Shown: positions 9,873 through 18,934 of the stretch, piece by piece
Layout: each line of letters starts with the position of its first letter
Position numbering within the stretch: the first letter of the stretch is position 1
NCBI GenBank assembly: GCA_965112635.1
Contig: OZ218778.1
Location: 2,336,001-2,400,000 of the forward strand
From: an uncultured bacterium
Lineage (GTDB): Bacteria > Oederibacteriota > Oederibacteriia > Oederibacteriales > Oederibacteriaceae
Direction: 5' to 3'
DNA length: 64,000 nucleotides
The notes under the pieces: model-generated
Database searches by the model: none
Seen by the model: the letters and a program-made list of their open reading frames with translations, nothing else
Told to the model about the DNA's origin: nothing
Program-made: the position numbers and the translations under genes

Positions 9873-11939
9873 TTAGACATAAGAGACACGGCCTTTTTTG
9901 GGAATTTTTGCCGAGGCCGCGGTTACACCCGCATCTTTGGATGCGCTTGACATTGACTGCATGGCAAGCTTGTTGTTTATATCATTGATCTTGGCTTTTA
10001 AATCGGCATTATCAGGGTCTTTTTCCAACAATTTTTTATAAATTTTAAGGGATTCTTTGATCAAGCCTCTTTTGAGATATATTTCCGCCACGGTCGTGGT
10101 CATTAATTCCTGGGGGATCTCTTCACTTTTACTGCCATCCGGCAAATCGTCAATCTGTTTTTCGAGGTGCTCTCTTTCTTTGCGTTGCTGAACAGATGCA
10201 AAAAGTCTCTCTTCTTCAGCTTGTTTCGGAGGCGTAACGCCACTGCTTCCGCTATGAACAACGGCTTCGCTCTTCCTGCCGACTACATCCACTTGAGGTG
10301 GCATCACTTGTTTTGTAGCGGAATCTACAATTGATCCTTTTTTACTGCGAATCTCTTCGACTTTTCTTACTATTTCTGGATGATTTGGAACCAGCGCCAA
10401 GATAGATTGATAATGTTCAAGGGCCTCATCAAACAAACCCTTCCCTGCAAAGACATCTCCAATCTTTGCGTGCATATCTACTTCCATTTTGAGGGCGGGA
10501 TCTAAAGGCGCAGGCTCTCCCGGAACAGCAACATTGGGAACGGGCTGTTTTGCGGAGGCAACGGTCTCCTGAACAGCAGGCCCCTTAGTCGACCTAGTCG
10601 TCAGTTGAGAAAAAGGTTCAATAGGCATACTGGCATCTGGTATTTTCCCAACCTGCGGTGCACTTTCGACTTTTGCTTTGAGATCACTGCTTTGCGGGTC
10701 GCATTCCAAAGCAGATGCAAAGGCCTGCTTGGCTTTTTCAGGATCATTTTTAGCCTGGTAATAATTCCCCAACCATAAAAACTCGACAGCAGCCTCTTTT
10801 TTCATATCCCTTTGCACCAATATCTCGCTTACCTGTTTATGGGCCTCTAGGCTGTCTGGGGAAATAGCAATGGCTTTTTGACAAACCTCTTGGGCTTTGT
10901 CGAATAAATTAGCTTTGACATAACATTCAGCGGCTGCTAGATAATGTACAGCTGCATCTTTTAGGACGTTCTTCTTGGCGTAAACATCTGCCATTTCCAA
11001 ATGAATATTGGCATTATCAGGTTCTAATTTAAGTGCTTTCCCATAGGTGGCAAGAGAATCATCCATCTTCCCTTGCTTAGCAAAAACTCTGGCTAAATGG
11101 AGAAGGGCTCCTTTGTGGTTGACCTTGTACTTTAATATGGTTTCTAGTTGGGTTTTCGCTTCATCGAACATTCCTTTCATGAAATAAACAACGCCCAGCA
11201 AATAATAAGCCTCTATGCTTTTCAGCTGAACAGATTTTTGGCTATAGGTTAATGCCTTATCGAGCTGCCCTTCTTCGATACAGATCTCCGCCACACTGAG
11301 GAACTCCTTCTTCGCCTCGCTTTCCATTCCTTCTTTTGCGTAAATTTCACCCAACCCCGCATGGGCGTTGCTGTTGTTAGGCTCAAGCACTAAGACCTTT
11401 TGAAAAACAGCCATAGCTTTTTTATGCAACCGATTGCTGAAAAAAGCCTCAGCAATGGACATGTATTCCATGATTGCTTCCTTAACCCTGCCAGATTGCT
11501 CACAAAGTTCGGCTAACTTCTGGCGTGAAAAGAAATCCTCGGGATCGTTTTTTACTATTTCCTTATAGGCATCAATAGCCTTATCCGGCTGACCTTGCTC
11601 TAATGCGGTTTCGGCGGCAACTTTTTGTTTGATGACCCCCTGTTTAGCCTTTGCTGATTCGTCTAGATTGGCAGGGTCAAACTTCGCCATTTTCCTATAA
11701 ACCACATTGGCTTTATCCATTAACCCTTGCTGGGAATACGCCTCAGCTACAAAAGAGTATTCTTTATAGGCTTCCTTTAATTCGCCTTTTTTCACATAAG
11801 CATCGCCTAACATGTTGTGCGCATTCAAATCGCTGGAATCCATCGTAAGCAATTTCTTATACTCGGCGATCGCTTTATCCCAGCGGCCTTCCTGAAAATA
11901 CACGAAGGCCATCTTTACGATAGTTTTCTTGTCTTCCAT
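9873..11939 (-). CDS. large tetratricopeptide-repeat protein
   Basis: Many TPRs, a Pro/Ala-rich linker, C-terminal TTTVAEIYLKRG...IYKKLL..DP module. Start placed at ATG 11939 (AAAGGA RBS) because the ORF-track start at 12011 lies just downstream of a predicted -10. Confidence 0.88.
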   Translation of the reverse strand: MEDKKTIVKMAFVYFQEGRWDKAIAEYKKLLTMDSSDLNAHNMLGDAYVKKGELKEAYKEYSFVAEAYSQQGLMDKANVVYRKMAKFDPANLDESAKAKQGVIKQKVAAETALEQGQPDKAIDAYKEIVKNDPEDFFSRQKLAELCEQSGRVKEAIMEYMSIAEAFFSNRLHKKAMAVFQKVLVLEPNNSNAHAGLGEIYAKEGMESEAKKEFLSVAEICIEEGQLDKALTYSQKSVQLKSIEAYYLLGVVYFMKGMFDEAKTQLETILKYKVNHKGALLHLARVFAKQGKMDDSLATYGKALKLEPDNANIHLEMADVYAKKNVLKDAAVHYLAAAECYVKANLFDKAQEVCQKAIAISPDSLEAHKQVSEILVQRDMKKEAAVEFLWLGNYYQAKNDPEKAKQAFASALECDPQSSDLKAKVESAPQVGKIPDASMPIEPFSQLTTRSTKGPAVQETVASAKQPVPNVAVPGEPAPLDPALKMEVDMHAKIGDVFAGKGLFDEALEHYQSILALVPNHPEIVRKVEEIRSKKGSIVDSATKQVMPPQVDVVGRKSEAVVHSGSSGVTPPKQAEEERLFASVQQRKEREHLEKQIDDLPDGSKSEEIPQELMTTTVAEIYLKRGLIKESLKIYKKLLEKDPDNADLKAKINDINNKLAMQSMSSASKDAGVTAASAKIPKKGRVSYV

Positions 11940-12016
11940 AAAAAATCCTTTTCTCTCTCTTCTGCTAACTCCTTTAGAAAGAAGAAAATTTATATTTAGA
12001 TTTTTACCCAATATTA

Positions 12017-12045
12017 AATTTAGCAGTAAAAAAGAAGGGTGTCAA
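12017..12045 (-). promoter_or_regulatory. sigma70-type promoter for TPR-exeA-patatin (and possibly pur genes)
   Basis: TTGACA-N17-TAAATT with TGn extension. Confidence 0.6.
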
Positions 12046-12137
12046 GAAAAGTCTCAGTAAATAAAGGAAATTGGTCAATTTTATTATTCGGCAAAATCAT
12101 TCTATAAATCTTTACGCAGAACTAATCGCCATTTTAA

Positions 12138-12923
12138 TTAAGGGTGGAAGAACTTTTGAATCCGCTCGATTCTTTTCGCTTTGCCAGTCAACACATCTAT
12201 TTCAATAAATGCGCCGCAAAGCTTAATATCCTCGTTGGCCACCTCTAATTTCGTTGGCAACTGGGTCAAGAATCGCTTTAGGATAATATCCTTTTTCACA
12301 CCAATGACAGAATCATGCGGACCGGTCATTCCTAGATCGGTAATATAGGCAGTCCCCTTGGGCAAAATGGCTTCGTCCGCTGTTTGAATATGGGTGTGTG
12401 TGCCAAACACCGCGCTAACTTTTCCGTCAAGATACCATCCTATTGCCCGCTTTTCTGAAGTTACCTCGGCATGCATGTCTACAAGTATGACTTTAGTTTT
12501 GCTCAACAATTTTTCGACTTCAGCTAACCCGACAGTAAAAGGGCTTTCAAAATCTTTCATATACACTCTGCCTATGAGGTTAATGACGCCCACCAGCAAG
12601 CCATTAACTTGAAAGAGACAGGTGCCTCTGCCGGGTACTGCTGGAGGGTAATTAGCTGGTCTTAATAAATTGGGGTCAGAATCGATAATATTTAGGACCT
12701 CTTCTTTATCCCAAATATGGTTTCCAGAAGTTAAAACGTCAACTCCAGACTCGTAGATTTCCTGGGCTACCGAGGGGGTGATGCCAAAACCAGCAGCGGC
12801 ATTCTCAATATTGGCAACAACAAAATCGATCTTTTTTTCTTTCTTCAAAATAGGTAATAATCCCTTAACGGCCAACCTGCCAGGCTTCCCAAAAATATCG
12901 CCTATACAAAGAACATTCATCAA
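12138..12923 (-). CDS. ymdB: YmdB/TIGR00282-family metallophosphoesterase
   Basis: GDIFGKPG, NIENAAAG, SGNHIWD, DMHAEVTSEK, GTHTH, TDLGMTG; directly downstream of rny. Confidence 0.93.
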   Translation of the reverse strand: MMNVLCIGDIFGKPGRLAVKGLLPILKKEKKIDFVVANIENAAAGFGITPSVAQEIYESGVDVLTSGNHIWDKEEVLNIIDSDPNLLRPANYPPAVPGRGTCLFQVNGLLVGVINLIGRVYMKDFESPFTVGLAEVEKLLSKTKVILVDMHAEVTSEKRAIGWYLDGKVSAVFGTHTHIQTADEAILPKGTAYITDLGMTGPHDSVIGVKKDIILKRFLTQLPTKLEVANEDIKLCGAFIEIDVLTGKAKRIERIQKFFHP

Positions 12924-12958
12924 GCAGCCTCTCTTAGAAAATGGCGGTTGTTTAATAG

Positions 12959-14503
12959 CTACCGGGCATATTCAACAGCCCTTGTCTCGCGTATAACGAT
13001 CACCTTGATTTGACCCGGATATTCTAATTCTTTTTCAACTTTTTTGGCAATATCTCTCGCTAATTGGCTGGCCCCTATATCATCCACTTCCGCATGATCA
13101 ACAATGATTCGTATCTCCCTCCCCGCCTGAATAGCAAAAGCTCGCTCGACGCCCGAGAAAGAATCAGCGATTTTTTCGAGGTTCTCCAAACGTTTAATAT
13201 AACTTTCTAGCATTTCCCTGCGTGCGCCGGGCCTGGAAGCGGATACCGCATCGGCTACTTGAACCAACACGGCTTCAAGACACTGAAAGGGAGTCTCAAA
13301 ATGATGCGCCTGAATGGTATTGAGAACTTTGGGAGATTCGTTGAATTTGCGCGCCATATCAGCGCCAATCTGAGCATGAGAACCTTCTACCTCATGGGAA
13401 ACCGCTTTGCCAATATCATGCAGCAAGCCTCCGCGCTTGGCTACAGCCACATCGGCACCCAATTCCGCAGCCATTATTCCTGCAAGATAACACACTTCAA
13501 GTGAATGCATGAGAGTATTCTGGCCATAGCTTGTCCTATACTTCAGCCGCCCCAACAACTTGATCGCCTCGGGATGTAATCCAGGAATTCCTGCGTCTAC
13601 AGAGGCCTTTTCCCCTATCTCGCTGAGCTTAGTCTCCATCTCTTCTCTCACTTTGGCAACGACTTCCTCAATCCTGGCTGGATGGATACGTCCATCCACA
13701 ATTAAACGCTCAAGGGTTATACGGGCAATCTCCCTCCTAACCACATCGAATCCAGAAAGGATAACAGCCTCAGGAGTGTCGTCTACAACCACGTCGACAC
13801 CAGTGGCCATTTCCAAAGCACGAATATTTCGCCCCTCTTTGCCAATGATCCTGCCTTTCATATCTTCGTTGGGCAGAGTAACAACTGAAACCGTGGACTC
13901 CACGGTATGCTCTGTGGCAATCCGCTGAATGGCTGTGCTAACTATTTCCCTGGCTTTTCTCTCGGCAGTTTCCTTAGTCTCTTCTTCTATTTGCCTGATG
14001 AGGACTGCGCCGTCCAAACGGATCTGCTCCTCTAGCTGTTGTAACAAAGATTTTTTGGCCGCCTCTGCTGTCATCCCCGAAATCCTCTCCAAACGCTGGG
14101 TTACTTCTTCGATAAGCGCAGAGCACTTCTGCTCTTTCTCGAGAACACCCTTTTCCTTGAGGACAGACTCTTTTTCTCTTCCTATTAAATCCCGCTCCCT
14201 TTTCTCCAGGGTTTCTGATTTATTCTCCATGTTTTCTTCGCGTTGATTCAATCTTTTTTCGAGGTTTTGCATCTCATTCCGGCGGCTCTTGACCTCCTCG
14301 TCAAACTTGGCCCTTTCTTGGTAAAAAAAATCCTTCATTTCGACCGAAGTTTCCTTTTTTGCGTTATCGATCTGTTTTTTAGCGTCATCTAATATTGCTA
14401 ATGCCTGATCTTTTTTTGAACCCACGTAAGAGCCAACCAAATAGGTGCTGACCGCATAACCTAAACCAATTCCTGCTAAGCCAATAATAATAGGCAAAAA
14501 CAT
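12959..14503 (-). CDS. rny: ribonuclease Y
   Basis: N-terminal TM helix, coiled coil, KH domain ([13 protein letters not shown]), HD domain (LLHDIGKA), SRPGARRE; start at ATG 14503 behind AAGGAGG. Confidence 0.97.
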   Translation of the reverse strand: MFLPIIIGLAGIGLGYAVSTYLVGSYVGSKKDQALAILDDAKKQIDNAKKETSVEMKDFFYQERAKFDEEVKSRRNEMQNLEKRLNQREENMENKSETLEKRERDLIGREKESVLKEKGVLEKEQKCSALIEEVTQRLERISGMTAEAAKKSLLQQLEEQIRLDGAVLIRQIEEETKETAERKAREIVSTAIQRIATEHTVESTVSVVTLPNEDMKGRIIGKEGRNIRALEMATGVDVVVDDTPEAVILSGFDVVRREIARITLERLIVDGRIHPARIEEVVAKVREEMETKLSEIGEKASVDAGIPGLHPEAIKLLGRLKYRTSYGQNTLMHSLEVCYLAGIMAAELGADVAVAKRGGLLHDIGKAVSHEVEGSHAQIGADMARKFNESPKVLNTIQAHHFETPFQCLEAVLVQVADAVSASRPGARREMLESYIKRLENLEKIADSFSGVERAFAIQAGREIRIIVDHAEVDDIGASQLARDIAKKVEKELEYPGQIKVIVIRETRAVEYAR

Positions 14504-14865
14504 AATGTGCGCCTCCTTAGGCAAAATATGAAATGGAAACAACTGTTTGATGAATATTTTTGGCTAAAAAAGGAATAAAAAGGGTGGCCCATGAAAAACT
14601 AGCTGAAAATGTCGGAAGAAAAAAGCAGCATCAATAGACCACAAAACTTATTAAACAATTGGCTGTTCCAAACACCATTAAGTTTTTACCAATCACATAA
14701 CAAGTCTATCTTCTACTGCCTGAACAGGCTAAAAACCCCGAGCAATCATTCTTCGTGTTCTTTAGCAATTTTTGTTAAAGCCTGATACAAAGGAAATCTC
14801 CCAAACAAATTCTTAAGCGCCAAAAGCCTTTTATCCAGTTTGTTAGCTCATACTTTACTAAATAT

Positions 14866-14895
14866 ATCATAATACATTCGTGTTCTGAATGACAA
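14866..14895 (-). promoter_or_regulatory. candidate sigma70 promoter about 350 nt upstream of rny
   Basis: TTGTCA-N18-TATGAT on the minus strand. Confidence 0.4.
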
Positions 14896-14910
14896 TAACA
14901 AAACGAATAA

Positions 14911-15465
14911 CTAGGACTTTCCCGAGCTTCTAGATTTTTTTAGCAAACCAAAGACCCTCATCCTATTTCCACCAAACCGAACCAACAAAACCGAAAGAAA
15001 TAAGAGAGAAAAATCCCTAATTAAGACGCCTGCTCCTATCTTTTCCCCCCAACCTAACAAATCAAAACAACCGCAGTCCAGATTGAAACCCCGTAAAAGA
15101 CTTATGGTAATGACCGCTATAAAAACCGATAGTAACACTGAAACGATCAAGGCTGCGCTCTGGACAAAAACATCGAACAAAACAAAAACCCCGCAGGTGA
15201 ATTCCAGCCAAGACATGATGGGCGAAAAAATAGGAACAAACACTTTAGGCAGCAGATCGTACAAATAAACTGTCTTTAGAAATTTATCCGGATAAACTAT
15301 TTTGCCTAGCCCGGAAATAATGAATAAAAGGCCGATAGTTAATTTGGCAATCAAAAATATGAGTGGCAAAAACCAGGGAACATGGCTTTTATTGCGGCGC
15401 CTTAACTCTATCCTTTGACTTGGCCTGAATTTTGAAAATAAGGCACTCTTATTTTTTCTTGACAT
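14911..15465 (-). CDS. MauE/DoxX-family membrane protein
   Basis: IGLLFIISGLGKI..P..F....YDLLP, LEF, RGFNLDCGCF, LIRD motifs; likely start ATG 15465 overlapping the rhodanese stop. Confidence 0.85.
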   Translation of the reverse strand: MSRKNKSALFSKFRPSQRIELRRRNKSHVPWFLPLIFLIAKLTIGLLFIISGLGKIVYPDKFLKTVYLYDLLPKVFVPIFSPIMSWLEFTCGVFVLFDVFVQSAALIVSVLLSVFIAVITISLLRGFNLDCGCFDLLGWGEKIGAGVLIRDFSLLFLSVLLVRFGGNRMRVFGLLKKSRSSGKS

Positions 15466-16054
15466 ACTTTTCCTCGTCACCCTGTTCGATGGGATAGCGG
15501 GCTTCTTTCCACATATCCCAACCCCCAAAAAAAACACAAACTTTCTTGTAACCAAAATCCCACAGCACCTCAGCAGCTTCCTTGGATAGATTGCACTCTG
15601 TCCCATGACAATAAGTGACAATGAGCTTGTTTTTGTTTTTCTTCAAAAGCTTAAAAACTCCGCCCGGGTCTTTAGAGATTACGGGCGAAGGGATAGCTCC
15701 TCGAATGTGTCCGGTTAAATACTCCTCATAGGACCTTGCATCTATAAATATAGTCTTTTTGCTCTTGAATAAAATCAAAGCCGTAGCAAGATTAATGGTT
15801 TTAATCTGCTGTTTAGATGAAGCGGGCTGTAATAAATTTTGATTAACAAAAATTATTTCCCTTTTATCATTTGGAATACGCTTTGATGTGACATGTCTAC
15901 CCTGATCCACAACAGGACCAGATTGAGGTTCTGTTAAATAATATACGCGCACCTGATTAATCACTGCCAATATTATAGAGATGAACAAAATGAGCAAGGA
16001 CTGCAGTATTATATCTTTAACTTTTTGATCTAGCAAAATAACTCTAATTTGCAT
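15449..16054 (-). CDS. membrane-anchored rhodanese-like domain protein
   Basis: N-terminal TM helix; FIDAR, GHIRGA, active loop YCHGTEC, FFGGWDMW. Confidence 0.88.
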   Translation of the reverse strand: MQIRVILLDQKVKDIILQSLLILFISIILAVINQVRVYYLTEPQSGPVVDQGRHVTSKRIPNDKREIIFVNQNLLQPASSKQQIKTINLATALILFKSKKTIFIDARSYEEYLTGHIRGAIPSPVISKDPGGVFKLLKKNKNKLIVTYCHGTECNLSKEAAEVLWDFGYKKVCVFFGGWDMWKEARYPIEQGDEEKYVKKK

Positions 16055-17192
16055 GGCCCCTTCTTTTTATATTGAACCGGTCGATACCGAACGGCTTGAT
16101 AATGTCCGAAGTTCGGCCTGATAATATTAACGCTGATATCTCCTGCGCTGTAATAGGAGTCAAAAGTATTCCTTTCCTAAAATGACCTGTTGCTAAAATG
16201 TACCCCTGAATAGGTGTTAAACCCAAAATGGGCCACCGGTCGGGCGCGGCTGGTCGCAACCCGCTTTCTACGCTTTCCATTCTGTAATTTTTTATTCCAG
16301 GATAGGTCTGAAGTGCCATCTTTAGCAAGCGATACACACCTTCGGGCGTAGAGGTTTTGTCAAAACCGACATCTTCTTCTATGGAGCCTAAGATCAAAGT
16401 ACCGTCTTTACGAGGAACTAAATAGCATCCCTTGGAAAAAACAACATTTTTTAGGTGGGAACGGTGCGCTGTATTGCTTATCCGCAAATTAACCCGCTGC
16501 CCCCTGATAGGGATGATGGGAACTTTTAAAGAAGGAACGCACAAAGAGGGCTTCCCAGCCCATGACCCTGCTGCGTTAATGACCCAGGCAGCTTTGAAAC
16601 TACCACACTTGGTTTTCACGCCCTCAACAACCGTCTGCTCTTCTAGTAGACCGACGACCTCTTGCTTCTCTTGAATATTGACATTGAATAACTTGCAGGC
16701 AGACAACAACGCCATCGTCAGTTTCCGGTTATCCACCTGATGGTCATTGTGTACATAAAAACCTCCTAAAAAAGAACTAGACACCCCAGGCCAATGGGCC
16801 AACATATCCTTTTTAGACATCCTGTCATAAACAAGCCCTCTTTTGTTTTGCCACATAAACTGGGATACAAGTTTTTTCTCTTCGGTTTGTTTATACACAG
16901 GATACAAGACGCCCGTCGGGATGTAATCGGCAGTTAACCCGGTAAAGTTTTCAAGCTCTCGTATAAAGGCAGGGTATAAAAGGCTACTTGCTTGATTTAA
17001 TAGGAAAAAATCGTCATTTTCAAAGGATTCGCCATAAGGCAACAACATTCCTGCAGCGGCAAAGGAAGCCTCCCTACCTATTAGTCCCCGTTCCAGGATG
17101 GTTATTTTTAGTTTTTTCTGGGACAACCGCCAGGCTATTGCCAAACCTATGATACCACCACCAATAATGATAACATCCGACTGGTTTTTCAT
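16044..17192 (-). CDS. thiO: glycine oxidase ThiO-like FAD oxidoreductase
   Basis: GGGIIG FAD motif, EASFAAAGML, VDNRKL, PIRGQ, YLVPR, GLRP, ATGHFRKGILLTP. Confidence 0.85.
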   Translation of the reverse strand: MKNQSDVIIIGGGIIGLAIAWRLSQKKLKITILERGLIGREASFAAAGMLLPYGESFENDDFFLLNQASSLLYPAFIRELENFTGLTADYIPTGVLYPVYKQTEEKKLVSQFMWQNKRGLVYDRMSKKDMLAHWPGVSSSFLGGFYVHNDHQVDNRKLTMALLSACKLFNVNIQEKQEVVGLLEEQTVVEGVKTKCGSFKAAWVINAAGSWAGKPSLCVPSLKVPIIPIRGQRVNLRISNTAHRSHLKNVVFSKGCYLVPRKDGTLILGSIEEDVGFDKTSTPEGVYRLLKMALQTYPGIKNYRMESVESGLRPAAPDRWPILGLTPIQGYILATGHFRKGILLTPITAQEISALILSGRTSDIIKPFGIDRFNIKRRGHAN

Positions 17193-17209
17193 TTCCGAAC
17201 CTCTCTAAA

Positions 17210-17812
17210 TTACCCGATCTGTCCGAACTCCCTGACCCGGAATTCAGCGCCAAGTTCGCGTGCTATTGTTTCGCATGCCTTGATATCTATAGTTGGTAAT
17301 CCCACCACAGTGACCACTACCCTTGGTATATATTTTGTGCACTCACCAATAAAATCCAAGACCCCCTGGAAAGCTGCCTCCCCGAATTCTGGCCTGCATA
17401 AGGCAACATATTTTTCTTTGTTTTCAGCGTTGAGGCTTATGGAAACAGCTCCCAGAAATCTGGCCAGGCCCGGAACAATATTGGTTTTATGAATCAGATT
17501 TCCATGCCCATTAGTGTTTAGCCTGATATTTCCGCCCGATTTTTTCAAAGCCATCCCCACTTGATTCAGGCAATCTAATCGCAGAGTCGGCTCACCAAAA
17601 CCGCAAAAAACAACCTCTTTATATTGTTTAGTATCCCCCACTGCCCTTATAATTTCTTCGGCTGATGGTTCCTTGGCTAAGCTCAGGTCAAATCCCTGGA
17701 CAATCGGTTTTTTTTTACGATCACAAAAAAGACACTCTGAAGTACACCGATTAGTAATATTGAGATATAGAGACTCTCTGATTTTATAGACAAAAATGGG
17801 ACGTTCAGTCAT
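17210..17812 (-). CDS. TatD-associated-type radical SAM protein
   Basis: LYLNITNRC, CxxxCxxC (CTSECLFC), VFCGFGEPT, RLNTNGHG, SISLNA; probable start ATG 17812. Confidence 0.85.
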   Translation of the reverse strand: MTERPIFVYKIRESLYLNITNRCTSECLFCDRKKKPIVQGFDLSLAKEPSAEEIIRAVGDTKQYKEVVFCGFGEPTLRLDCLNQVGMALKKSGGNIRLNTNGHGNLIHKTNIVPGLARFLGAVSISLNAENKEKYVALCRPEFGEAAFQGVLDFIGECTKYIPRVVVTVVGLPTIDIKACETIARELGAEFRVREFGQIG

Positions 17813-17835
17813 CTGCACAACCCTTTGCTCAATAG

Positions 17836-18906
17836 TTAATAGCTCTTGGGGTAGTAACAATTTTCGTAAGCGGTCTTGTACATAGCCAAAATATTCTCTA
17901 GAGGCGCGTCTGGTTGAATGTAAGTATGGGAGGGACCTAGGATAAACCCCCCGCCATTTCCCAAAAGTCTGAATTTATTTAAGACCTCATTTCTTACGTC
18001 CCCAGGATTGCCCTTCCGTAGAATATTTAAAATATCTACGGAACCATAAAAAGTAATATCTTTTCCAAAATCTCTTTTTAGCCCTTCTGGTTCCATGCCC
18101 ACAGCCGTAGTTTGTATCGGCTCAAGGATGTCCACCCCTGCCTCAATGAGTTCCGGCATCAATTTCCTGACACTACCACACACATGGAGCAGAAATTTTT
18201 TTTGGTGTTTATGCAAAATATCAGAGATTGTCTGTAGGTATGGCTTAACATATTCCCGGAACATGGGGACTGAAATCATCGGCCCCTGAGCAGTACAAAA
18301 ATCATCAGCCATATAATAAATATCGAAAAATGGGCCAGCCTCAGAACACAGCCGTTCGACCGCCGGAAACATATAATGGGTTATCTTTCCTAAAATGGCT
18401 TTGGCTAGAGCCGGATTCTCAGCCATATCCATCAAAAAATTTGTCAGTCCCCTCATAAAAGTGGCGTTAAAAAAACATCCATGGGTGATATCCGCAATGA
18501 CCGCAACATCGGGATATCTCTGTCGGGCGGTCTTGATATTTTCATATGTAGTTTCATCAACGGTCGGCCAGGGATAGGCTTCAATCTCCTCGACCGTGTT
18601 TAAATTCCCCAGGGGATGATAAGCAATCTCGTATAAATAGCCGAAATCGTACTTCACTTTTCGTGTCCCATACCCCCAGAAACAAGTACTAATTCCTCCC
18701 GGCCTCTCACCGATATTTTTGAAATGATGGGTAACTTGTACTTCGCGGGTATCAGCGTGCACGGCTTTCCACAACTCATCATCTGTCTTGATTTTAAAAT
18801 GCTCTTTGAGTATAACCTTGACTTCCGCTTCGCAATCAAAAGTAATGGGCACCCTGTCCGGTTCTTTGTGACCCACTGCAGTCAAAACTCTGGCTCTTCC
18901 ATCCAT
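17836..18906 (-). CDS. uroporphyrinogen decarboxylase / MtaA-CmuA-like TIM-barrel protein
   Basis: KEPDRVP, ATFMRG..NFLMDM, ADDF...GPMIS, LHVCG, LEPIQ, GGGFILGPSH..QPDAPLEN. Confidence 0.85.
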   Translation of the reverse strand: MDGRARVLTAVGHKEPDRVPITFDCEAEVKVILKEHFKIKTDDELWKAVHADTREVQVTHHFKNIGERPGGISTCFWGYGTRKVKYDFGYLYEIAYHPLGNLNTVEEIEAYPWPTVDETTYENIKTARQRYPDVAVIADITHGCFFNATFMRGLTNFLMDMAENPALAKAILGKITHYMFPAVERLCSEAGPFFDIYYMADDFCTAQGPMISVPMFREYVKPYLQTISDILHKHQKKFLLHVCGSVRKLMPELIEAGVDILEPIQTTAVGMEPEGLKRDFGKDITFYGSVDILNILRKGNPGDVRNEVLNKFRLLGNGGGFILGPSHTYIQPDAPLENILAMYKTAYENCYYPKSY

Positions 18907-18934
18907 AATACTAGCCTAACCTTTCGTTTCGTTC

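Noticed and set aside
15466-15621. N-terminal extension of the MauE-like ORF
   Set aside because: Overlaps the rhodanese gene in another frame; a better start with RBS is at 15465
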